Assembly (NCBI GenBank): GCA_044892525.1
Contig: CM097885.1
Coordinates: forward strand, 43,402,001 to 43,466,000
Direction: 5' to 3'
DNA from: Schmidtea polychroa
Lineage: Eukaryota
DNA: 64,000 bases
Of this stretch, positions 41,305 to 51,345 are shown one piece after another. Each line of letters opens with the position of its first letter. Position 1 is the first letter of the stretch. The notes under the pieces were generated by a model. The model was not told where the DNA came from, made no database searches, and was given only the letters and a program-made list of their open reading frames with translations. The translations under genes and the position numbers were made by a program.

Positions 41305-44300
41305 TTAGACCTCATCGGACAAAATAACGTCATCGATATCGATGTCATCTTCTTCATTAAATTCTTCCTCATCTTCTCCATCATTTTCTCCATCATTTTC
41401 TGAAACATCTTCTCCATCATTTTCTGAAACATTTTCTGCGACAATTTCTCCAACATTTTCTCCAATATTTAATTCACTTAATCTTACATGCCCATATGCA
41501 AGACTAGCGTTTTTCCCCACCCAAACCCTTTTGTCATCTTTGTTTGTTAGTGCTATTTTTGTGTTTTTAATTGTAAAAATTTGATGATTTTTGCTTGTTA
41601 TTTTAGTCTGAGGAACCGAAAAAATCTGGTTAGTGTTATAACAATCCAGGTATGACTGATGTTTTATGTCACTACCTTTCAATGTTACACCTTTAGCCTT
41701 TTTGTTTCCTCATCACCCAACAAGCTATAACATTTAGGTCTAAGAAAAACCCACTCCTTATATTTAAGACCTTTATTCTCGTCTTTGAACTTTCCAATGA
41801 CTGAATCAAGGTTCTTACTATATAAGGAATGACAACTATTGTAATTGGAAGTATCTAATAAATTATCTCGAATCATTGCAGGTAAAAGAACCTCAAGTTT
41901 GCAGTTAATGACTTCGAGGAAAAAAGAATCTGTATCACCTGCAACGATATTAATTTTACAATTAAACTCATTGCGAAATGATTCCAGATCCTTATATTGC
42001 AATTCATACATTCTAAGTTTAGATAGATCAAGTACAGATTGACCAATGTAACTCGGTCTATCTAAACATATAGAATCTGAATTCAATAGTGTTGCAATTA
42101 AATTATCAGCTATTTTAATAGATTTTTTAAAAGTCGGTTTTGACGAATATTTAACTAATTTACCTGCAGTTGTACAAAGACGAAGATTCATTCTTCTCTT
42201 TAAATTTTCAACTGTTTTGCCGTATAAACTGTTATTTAGCAATTTATAATAATTTTTATCTAAGTTATTTACGCTTTTTGATCTTAATTCGGTATTTGTA
42301 TCTATATATTTTTTAAAAATTGGTGATTGCTTAAATCTTACACCTCTATTTACACGTGTTACTTTAACACCAAGTTCTAAATATAATTTTAATAATCTCC
42401 AATGAATAACATAATTAGATTTTGGAAGATGAGTTAATAATAATTTTTCAACCTTAGACCCAGCAGGTTTCATTTTTTCAGCAGCTACAGGGAAATCATC
42501 CAACTTATCATGAAGCTCAGAAGGAATTACAAGATCAACTTCAAGTGTGTATCCATAAGACAAAGATTCAAGATTTAAATTCCTACATTCATCCATTATT
42601 TTATCAAATCCATTAAGAACCCAACAAAATTCTCCACAAGGTAATGATTGACTTAAAGCCCACCCATAAAGATTATTAATATCTATATAAAGTAACTCGG
42701 TGTTCTCGTCGGTATTTACGTAATGCTTATTCACAAAAGTAAGACCGCCTCTTATTCCACCCTCATAAAAGCTAAACATTTCGTTTTCAGTTATGAGTTC
42801 AATTGGTTCATTTAAAGACATTAATGCAGAAGACCACGACATGCCTGGAATTCCGAAATAATTCAAAGGCTCTAATCTATTGTGAGCAATTGATTTCAAC
42901 CTAAACTGATGAAAGAAATCAGCCAAAAGAAAACAATCAAGTTTTAGGTAGATCATCATATAATCTAATAAAGTTCTGCAATTAGATTCTACCCAAATCT
43001 CCTGAGCTTTTTCATACTCAAGCTCAGTGACACCCTCCCAGATTGGTGGTAATTCATACGTAGTTTGTAGAACATCTAAAGAAGTGGCGAAATTATAAGG
43101 GAAGATTCCTTTTTCACATACTATGGTGCCAGAAAAAGCAGAATTAGTAAAAGGCAAAGAATTCAAAGTTTTGACTGCTTTAGCCAAAGAATCATTGACA
43201 AATTGATATGAATCAATGAATCTTAGGCTAATTTTGCCTAAATGAGCAATCAAAGATATAAATTTTTCCGTAGTTATTGGGATGCACCCTAAATTCCAAT
43301 TTTTAAATTTATTTAATCCATATTTAAGTATATGATGCATATCGTATCCCTTCAAGTTGTGAAATACGATGGGCAAAATTTTATTTATTTTTCTATTTAC
43401 GTTACATGTGCTACAAGCTGCACCCAAGTATTTGCCCGTAAAATGATCGTGATCTCTAACAGGATCCACGATAGATTTCAAACAAAGATAACAAACCGTT
43501 GAATTAATGAATTGTTGTTGCTCATTTTTAGTTAATTTAATCATTGGTTTCCTACCCATTTTATAATAAAAAGGAAGAACCTTATTTAATGCTATATCCT
43601 CTATAGCACTTAAAAAACTCTCGACGCAATCTAAACCTATGAACTGCTGATAAGATTTAGATCCGTCAAAGTTATTTACTAGTAAAAGACCAGCAGATAT
43701 TGGCATGTGTCGCTGAAAATGATCATTATCACAAGGTAAAATAGCCTCAAAATCGGCATAAACTACGAAAGGAGGAGTTACTGTTTTCGACCAGTCAGTA
43801 AACTGTAAGAATTTATTTTGAGGGAAAGTATAAAGAGTAGTTCCTAATTGATTGCGTTTGCATAATATTTCATGTTTTTCTAGTGCGTTTCTATTGTTAA
43901 AACCATTCAAACAACGATGACACCATATTGATCGTATGCGTGTAGGACAACTAGTGTTTATGCTGCAATTCAGTAACCTATTTAAATTGCTTATAGCAAT
44001 GTAATGGAAATTGTTCCCTTTATTTAATAAAAGTAAATTAATTACTGTTCCATTTAAAACTTTTGAACGATGTATAATGTCTAAATGGGGGTGTTTTAAA
44101 ACGTAATTATCTATTAATTGTTTGTTATGGTCATAAGAAAAAACATTAATTATTAAACCAGGATTTTTGGCCTCGAATTTTCTAATATCTTTTAATTTCA
44201 TTGGTAAGTCTAATGGATTATATATTAACTCAGATAAATTATAACTGGATGTTCTATTTCTATATTGGCTAATAACCTCATCATATTTTAAAATAGCTAA

Positions 44301-45428
44301 AATGCTATATAAAAAACATGAATCGTCGGTGTTTTTTACATTAATTAAACAATATTTATTTTTTAGACAAGTAGGTAGTTCAATGAAACTCCTACCACTT
44401 AATCTACTTAACCTACTTATCTTTGTTATGGTGAAGTGAATTTCAGTTATTTTTTTTATAATCCAACTACTTCCTAACTCTGTAATATTACTTATTTTCT
44501 CGTTTAGTTCCCTAATGCCTTCGTCAAAAAATGTTGAAGTTAAAGGTTTTGCGTAATTCGAAATATTATTAACCTTTATTTCCCCGTCTTTTTCAAATTC
44601 GATTGTTATTCCGAATTGAATTTTGACGGAGCCTAATTCGTTAATAATATCTCGTAATTTTATAATTAATTGTTCTGGAAATATTATTTCCTTTATATTC
44701 AAGTTACTTGTATTTAGACTTAAAATTTGATGTGTACCCCTTAAATCTTTTTGTACTATGGGTACATTACCTCCTATTTGTACATTAGTAGTCGAAGAGT
44801 CGAGTGAAAGATTATCAAATTCATTATTGGGTTCATCTACATCCCAAGAGTCGAGTGAAAGATTATCAAATTCATTATTGGGTTCATCTACATCCCAAGA
44901 GTCGAGTGAAAGATTATCAAATTCATTATTGGGTTCATCTACATCCCAAGAGTCGAGTGAAAGATTATCAAATTCATTATAGGATTCATCAACTAATCCG
45001 ACCTGGGATTCAACAAAAGGCAATCCATCATTGGATTCAGCAAAAGACAATCCATCATTGGATTCAGCAAAAGACAATCCATCATTGGATTCAGCAAAAG
45101 ACAATCCATCATTGGATTCATCAACTAATCCGACCTGGGATTCAACAAATGTATTTAATTTAATTTTTTTATTAGTAGTATTTATTTCAATAGTTGAAGG
45201 ACGTTTAAAAATAACATCTTTTTTAGAATTGAACCTATCTAAATGTTGTTTATGCTTATTATAAAAAACGCTATATGTTAAGGGCTCGCTAATCTTACAT
45301 ATGGGACATATAAAAAAAGTTTTATTATAGTATTTTTTAGAATAATAATTCTCCATTACAGAATGGCAATTATTATGTTCTTTCGACGAACAATAATTTG
45401 GGTAAAGTATACCTAAAAATATATACAT
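41305..45428 (-). CDS. polB: Protein-primed family B DNA polymerase with C2H2 and endonuclease VII-like inserts; 1-nt frameshift near 41700
   Basis: VVYADFE, VFHNLKGYD, YIDINNLYG, KLLNNSLYGKT, GDTDS, IGKFKDE, LRPKCY. Adding one A to the A-run at about 41700 restores KKAKGV and joins ORF 41305-41682. EndoVII-like CYLC...VRDHDHFTGKYLGAACSTCN. Confidence 0.96.
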
Positions 45429-45559
45429 TTAAAAATTTGGCTAAAACATTTGATAAAAATAATACTATTAAAATTTTCTTATAATTTTGCATGTATGCAT
45501 CCAATCAAAATTAATTATTTGCTATAAATGATAATTTAATGAAATAAATTTAACAAAAA

Positions 45560-45992
45560 ATGTCTACTATAAATAGTATCCTATTAGAAGAAAATAGTAC
45601 ATCAGTTATAGGTATGGTATGTAAACCTCCTATTCAATTCCTTCAATATAATATGTACTATTTGAAATATCCTATTACTTATTCGTTCAAGGTAATTTTT
45701 TATTTAATTATTTAATATTAATTTGTTATAGGAACCAGTTAATTTAAAAACATGTCAATTCAATATTCAAATTGGAGATATTGGGGAAGAAGATAGAAAA
45801 AATCTTGGAGAAATTCTTAAATTAATTAATAAAGAAATGATTTTTAATGAAAAATTTACATTTATCAATTGTGAAAAAGGGTGTAAATTAGACGAAGATA
45901 AAAAATCAAAAGTGCGAATACTTATTCAAGGAGTCAAGATAAATGGAGTTATAATTAAACCAATTTGGAAAATTACAAATGTTTTTGAATAA
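45560..45992 (+). CDS. Spliced 130-aa Maverick gene (exons 45560-45691, 45732-45992), possibly an OB-fold ssDNA-binding protein
   Basis: 40-nt AAG|gtaatt...ttatag|GAA intron joins two open frames. Beta-strand-like C-terminus VRILIQGVKINGVIIKPIWKITNV. The functional label is inference. Confidence 0.6.
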
Positions 45993-46622
45993 ATATTTAA
46001 GTGTTATTTTAAATGTTGTTGAAAAAAATTTTAAAGTTAATAAGTATTTAATAAGGGTCAGATTATTATTAAAGAGTACTGCATGCTCACTGCAGACTAT
46101 TATGTAGCTACGTGCTCACTGTAGACTACATTATTATATTAAAGAGTACTGCATGCTCACTGCAGACTATTATGTAGCTACGTGCTCACTGTAGACTACA
46201 TTATTATCATTATAAAAAAAATTTGCGAGGGATTTCCCCTTATTTCAAAATAAATATCATTAATAATAATTTCATTATAAAATATTATTTAAAAATGTTA
46301 ATAATTTCATCATTATAAAAAAATTTTACGAGGGATTTCCCCTTATTTCAAAATAAATATCATTAAAAAATAACATTAATAATAATTTCATTATAAAATA
46401 TTATTTAAAAATGTTAATAATTTCATCATTATATAAAAAAAAATTTTTACGAGGGATTTACCCTTATTTTTACTCTTAAGATAAAATTTTATTAAAAATA
46501 TTAATAATCATTTTTAAAAATATTAATAATTTCATTATAAAATATTATTAAAAAATTTTTTACGATGGATTTCCCACTATTTTTACTCTTAAAATAAAAT
46601 TTTATTAAAAATATTAATAATT

Positions 46623-46886
46623 TCATAAAATATTATTTAAAAATTGATAAAAATACTTACATTTGTCATTTTTCATTGTTTCATTATTAGCTTTTTTCAT
46701 TGTTGCATTTTTATCATTTTTCATTGTTTCATTATTAGCTTTTTTCATTGTTTCATTTTTAATATTTTTCATTGTCGCATTTTTAACATTTTTCATTGTT
46801 TCATTTTTAATATTTTTCATTGTTGCATTATTAACATTTTTCATTGTTGCATTTTTAACATTTTTCATTGTTGCATTATTATTCAT
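46623..46886 (-). CDS. ORF of 8-aa repeats (NATMKNVK-like, 24-bp tandem repeat); candidate first exon of pPolB
   Basis: ATG at 46886; strong donor AAAT|gtaagt at 46660 is in phase with acceptor ttttag| at 45413 at the start of the polB ORF. Confidence 0.4.
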   Translation of the reverse strand: MNNNATMKNVKNATMKNVNNATMKNIKNETMKNVKNATMKNIKNETMKKANNETMKNDKNATMKKANNETMKNDKCKYFYQFLNNIL

Positions 46887-47281
46887 TTTTTATCTAAAAA
46901 TAATTAAATTTTTAATAATTAAAAAATAAAATTCTTACAATCCTTGGTACTAGCAAATTATGACCAAATTTTAAAAACAAATCATTTATATACTTCTTCT
47001 TCTACTTAATACATTACGTAATAATTAAAGGATTAAATTTGATACCATGCGTAATAATTAAAGGATTAAATAACTTACATAATAATTAAAGGATTAAATA
47101 ACTTGCATAATAATTAAAGGATTTAATACCTTACATAATAATTAACTTAATTAAAGATTTAGTTTAATAATCAACTAAAATTTAAATTTTAATAATCAAT
47201 TATATTGAATTAATAATCAACTAAAAATTTATTGAAATAATCAGCTAAAATTTATTGAAAACAACTTTTTATTATAAAAAT

Positions 47282-47660
47282 TTATTTCATTGACTTTAAC
47301 CAAGCCAAACAATGTTGTCCACATGTTTTTGTTATAGGGTTTTGGTAACGTATTCGATTGTATTCAATTGGCATTGACATTGATTGTAGTTTATTGATTA
47401 ATATAGGTGGATAATAGAATCCCATTGGATCAAATGCATATATTTTGTCTGGTTTCACGTATACTGCAAGCCAATGTTCACCATTCAGATTAGCAGATTG
47501 AGTATTTACAATTATTGCTTTGTTGACATCTAAATAAGGTATTTTGTCTAATGGGAAAACACCTAGAAATTCTTTTCCTAGTAATTTTCTTCCGATAACA
47601 TGTATCTGAATAGAACTAAATTAATAATAATTAAATAATTTAAATTAATTCTTACTTCAT
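47282..47660 (-). CDS. Adenain-like cysteine protease, 112 aa, with 40-nt intron after a 5-nt first coding exon
   Basis: ATGAA|gtaag...tttag|T gives MNSIQI...FLGVFPLD...IIVNT...GEHWLA...FDPMG...YQNPITKTCGQHC (His, Asp, Gln, Cys). Missing from the ORF track. Confidence 0.92.
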
Positions 47661-47694
47661 ATTTGATTAATTGATTTTCGATATTTGGTTTATA

Positions 47695-48918
47695 TTATAC
47701 CAAAACAGTACGAGTAGATGTAATTTGAATTTCTTTTTCAAAAACTCCATATACAATTACAGAAACGGCTTCAGTAAGTGAAGATGCGAATTTAATATCT
47801 AATCGCAAATTTCCACTTTGTGGTAACTGACTTTGATGAAGATCAAAATCTGGTGCCAATACGAATGTAAAGAATGGATACTTGCTCTTAAAATCAGACA
47901 TGGTGATACCACAATTCATATTTTTATTTAGATAACCCATATTTCTAATAATCGATTGCATATAACTTGTACTATAATCATCATTCTCAAAATCTTGACT
48001 ATATTTTTCGCGATAATCACTTCCTTTACTTAAAGTTATGGACTTGACATTAAAGTGATCAAATATAGAAAATGATTCTGAAAACGATCCACTAAATCTT
48101 TTACTAGATTGAAATGCAACAAGTATAAAATTAGGTAATCGTCTATCTCCAAATATTTGTTCTTTATAAAAAGAGGAAGAACCAATAGGTAATGAGAAAT
48201 CAACAACTTCTTTGCTTCTTAAAGGATAAATTGCATTTTTGGTAGACAGACCAATTTGATGTCCTGCCAAAACCGATGGTTCAACACGAACTCTTCTAAC
48301 CATTAATTTTGCGTCTAATAATAAAATTTTCGGTTCAATTTTCGCACAAGTTAAACTAAGTGTTGGATTTGATCTTGTTAATTTAATTTGAACACTAACA
48401 CCTGGTAGTAAATATTTAGGTTGATCAAAGAAATCAAATTGAAGTGGGGAACATAAAGAAAAGGATTTTGATTTTTCAATCCATGTTTTTCTCGTAAGAT
48501 CTTTGTTAGTATACCCCATTCCACCTAAAGATGTTCGTTTAGTATCTCCGTCATAATTTATAAGTGTTTCAATTAATGCTTTGTGGGCAAATCTATCATT
48601 TGATCCTTCAACTTTGATTGAATTAAAAATTAATTCAACATCTTTAAAAAGGGTTTGGAAGAAGAAATTATTTGGAATTACTTCTGATTCGCCTAAATTC
48701 TCACCTAAATTATTAACAACTTTCAATTGAATATATAACAAAGTATCATTCAAATCTAAATATTCAGTCTGCGATCCGTTTATGTAAAATTGAATCGAAG
48801 AAGAACCAGCATCTGTAATAGAATTTCTTGGGTATACATCTTCAAATGCTCCATGTTCAATCACTGCTTGGGGTGAAGGTCTATCAAAAAGACATAATTC
48901 TGATTTAGCACTAATCAT
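47695..48918 (-). CDS. Major capsid protein (double jelly-roll, Polinton PY type)
   Basis: KSELCLF...YP...IQFYI...YLDLNDTLLYIQLKV, FFDQPKYLLPGV...KLTRS, GNLRLDIKF: typical Maverick MCP motifs. Confidence 0.92.
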   Translation of the reverse strand: MISAKSELCLFDRPSPQAVIEHGAFEDVYPRNSITDAGSSSIQFYINGSQTEYLDLNDTLLYIQLKVVNNLGENLGESEVIPNNFFFQTLFKDVELIFNSIKVEGSNDRFAHKALIETLINYDGDTKRTSLGGMGYTNKDLTRKTWIEKSKSFSLCSPLQFDFFDQPKYLLPGVSVQIKLTRSNPTLSLTCAKIEPKILLLDAKLMVRRVRVEPSVLAGHQIGLSTKNAIYPLRSKEVVDFSLPIGSSSFYKEQIFGDRRLPNFILVAFQSSKRFSGSFSESFSIFDHFNVKSITLSKGSDYREKYSQDFENDDYSTSYMQSIIRNMGYLNKNMNCGITMSDFKSKYPFFTFVLAPDFDLHQSQLPQSGNLRLDIKFASSLTEAVSVIVYGVFEKEIQITSTRTVLV

Positions 48919-49313
48919 TTTTCAAAGATGGTACCATATCCTTTCATTCTTTTGTTTATATGTTTCTTCATAATTTTTCGACGTTTAAGTATTCCGCCTT
49001 TTTGTTCTTTATCATTTTTAAATACATCGGATACTTTATTAATTACTTCTGGTAAATGTTGCATCACTGCTGGTAATGATTCTTTAATTTCAGAAATTGC
49101 ATTTGATTTTAAAGCAGGCAAGATATTTGCATTGTTATTTATTACGTCATTAGCTGTTTTCATACCAAAATTTCCTATTCGTCTAAGAATTGGGAGTGCA
49201 AATCTACCTATTGTCTTCAACCAACCGGTTCCATATTGTTTACCAACAAAATATGGTAAATCACCACCCGATTGGTTACTACTATAAAAATGTATTATGT
49301 CAGGATTACTCAT
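48915..49313 (-). CDS. Small Maverick virion/core precursor-like protein (132 aa)
   Basis: QSGG...YFVGKQYGTGW...GRFALPILRR pattern and basic tail; position immediately upstream of MCP. Confidence 0.7.
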   Translation of the reverse strand: MSNPDIIHFYSSNQSGGDLPYFVGKQYGTGWLKTIGRFALPILRRIGNFGMKTANDVINNNANILPALKSNAISEIKESLPAVMQHLPEVINKVSDVFKNDKEQKGGILKRRKIMKKHINKRMKGYGTIFEK

Positions 49314-50322
49314 TTATTTTACGAAAATGTAATGTCAAGTATGTTTTATCTTCTTTTCCAAATATATATTTTCCGCTATCATCTCGTATATTGATTTCTA
49401 TATTGTTTATATATGAAGACGATACAGGTAAGTACATTGGATTCTTTTCAATTATTTGTACTAAATCATCTTTTTTATGTTTTTCCACCCAAATACATTT
49501 CAAAAGAGGGACCAATGTATCACCAACAATAATAGGTTCGATAATATTTGTATAGATCATCAATTGTTGATTGCGTTGTAATACTTCAGGTTCTTTAAAA
49601 CCAATAATAAGTTTGTCAGTATATGCTTCTTCTAATAAACCTAAACTATTGGCTAAAAATTTACTAAATTGAACTTTACTGACATCATCATCCATTACAA
49701 TTTTAACGATTTTTCCTTTTTGAATATCAACAGATTTAAATGGACGAGGATAAAAGAGTGATAGTTGATCATTTATTTGTGAAAGATCTGTAATGATATT
49801 TTCTTCGAATGTATCTGTATACTCGACATCGTAATAATATTGTATAGTTAATCGAATTGTATCAAACTTTATTTTTCGATTATTTGGAGGAATAGTGATT
49901 TGGTTCAAGGCTTTTTTAAAAGTTATTTCTTTTTCTGAAAATCCCAATTTTTGCGCTTCTTTAATACTATCGAATTCTACTTTAAAAGGAAAATATTTAC
50001 AATTAATGTTCAATGTATTTCCATCAATATATATTAAATAAAATGGAGAGTCGTGACTGATTGTATATTCATTTTTTTCTTGGTTAAAGTAAAAGTATTC
50101 ATAACTTGTATGTAATACACTTTTACTATATTTGACATTTGAATTACTGTAAAAAGGAAAATAATTATACACAAAGGTAAAGTCCATGAGAGCTACTTCC
50201 CATTCACCATCCAAGTAAATAGGATTTTGAAATTCGACATTAAATTTACCAGCTTCATTATTTGGATGAGTCTGAGGACAACTATTAGAAGGTAAATTCA
50301 CATAAAAATCTTTTTTAATCAT
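49306..50322 (-). CDS. Minor capsid (penton) protein, copy 2
   Basis: FYVNLPSNS...N...F...PIYLDGEWEVAL N-terminus; IYTNIIEP...VGD...PLLK...YLPV...INNIEINIRD...LTLHFR C-terminus. Confidence 0.9.
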   Translation of the reverse strand: MIKKDFYVNLPSNSCPQTHPNNEAGKFNVEFQNPIYLDGEWEVALMDFTFVYNYFPFYSNSNVKYSKSVLHTSYEYFYFNQEKNEYTISHDSPFYLIYIDGNTLNINCKYFPFKVEFDSIKEAQKLGFSEKEITFKKALNQITIPPNNRKIKFDTIRLTIQYYYDVEYTDTFEENIITDLSQINDQLSLFYPRPFKSVDIQKGKIVKIVMDDDVSKVQFSKFLANSLGLLEEAYTDKLIIGFKEPEVLQRNQQLMIYTNIIEPIIVGDTLVPLLKCIWVEKHKKDDLVQIIEKNPMYLPVSSSYINNIEINIRDDSGKYIFGKEDKTYLTLHFRKINE

Positions 50323-51340
50323 TTATTTTACGAAAATGTAATGTCAAGTGTGTTTTTGTATCTCTACTAAATTTTATTAATTTTCCACTATCATCTCGTA
50401 TATTGATTTCAATGTTGTTTATAGAAGAATTAGAAATTGGTAGATACATTGGATTCTTCATTTCTAGTTGCACAATTTCTCCTTGTTCATATTTTTTTAT
50501 CCAAATAGATTTCAATAACGGAACTCTTACATCTCCAACAGTCAATGGTTCGATAATATTTGAGTAAATAAACATTTGTTGATGATGATTAAATAACTTT
50601 GGAATTTTTGTTCCAATAATTTCTTTCTCTGTAAATGTTTGTTTCTTTAATCCCAATGTTTTTGTTAAATTTTTATCAAAGGTTATTGATGAAATGTTAT
50701 CAGCAAGACTTATTTTAACCAATTCATTATTTTGTATTTTTAAATCTTTAAAGGGAGACGGATTAATTGTCATTAACTGACCATGTATTTCAGATAAAGT
50801 ATTGATGTATAGTTCATCTTCGAAATAATGTTCAAATTTTGTTTTTTCAACAACACTTATAATTATACCAAATTGATCAATTGTTTTATCTTCTGTAAAT
50901 TTTGGTAATTTAATTCGCAAATGATCACTATCACTAATAACCGATACTGATTTTAATCCAAATTTAATAGCATGTTCAAAATCTGGAAACGTTATTTTAA
51001 ATGGAACATGTGGACAAACAACAACCAAATTCTCATATCTTTCAATGAACATGTCAACTTCAGGAGTATTTTTAGGATTTATTACTTCAAAGGTTCGATT
51101 TGAATTATTTATTCTAAAATATTTAATTTCTTCATCCATCTTTACTTTTTCATATTGTATCAATGAATTACTGTAATAAGGAAAAGTATTATACACAAAG
51201 GTAAAGTCCATGAGAGCTACTTCCCATTCACCATCCAAGTAAATAGGATTTTGAAATTCGACATTAAATTTACTAGCTTCATTATCGGGGAAAATAAGAG
51301 GACAACTATTAGAAGGTAAAATAATATAAAAATCTTTCAT
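50315..51340 (-). CDS. Minor capsid (penton) protein, copy 1
   Basis: Same terminal motifs as copy 2 (FYIILPSNS...GEWEVAL; IYSNIIEP...LTLHFR). Confidence 0.9.
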   Translation of the reverse strand: MKDFYIILPSNSCPLIFPDNEASKFNVEFQNPIYLDGEWEVALMDFTFVYNTFPYYSNSLIQYEKVKMDEEIKYFRINNSNRTFEVINPKNTPEVDMFIERYENLVVVCPHVPFKITFPDFEHAIKFGLKSVSVISDSDHLRIKLPKFTEDKTIDQFGIIISVVEKTKFEHYFEDELYINTLSEIHGQLMTINPSPFKDLKIQNNELVKISLADNISSITFDKNLTKTLGLKKQTFTEKEIIGTKIPKLFNHHQQMFIYSNIIEPLTVGDVRVPLLKSIWIKKYEQGEIVQLEMKNPMYLPISNSSINNIEINIRDDSGKLIKFSRDTKTHLTLHFRKIND

Positions 51341-51345
51341 AATAT

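Noticed and set aside
44758..45264. Plus-strand repeat ORFs
   Set aside because: Antisense shadows of the pPolB peptide repeats.
46644..46929. Hydrophobic plus-strand ORFs (FFIVA / IFHC repeats)
   Set aside because: Antisense readings of the 24-bp repeat; no independent support.
47015..47140. taataattaaaggattaaat repeats containing GGATTA (K50 homeodomain-like sites)
   Set aside because: Short AT-rich motif within a tandem repeat; no evidence beyond the consensus match.
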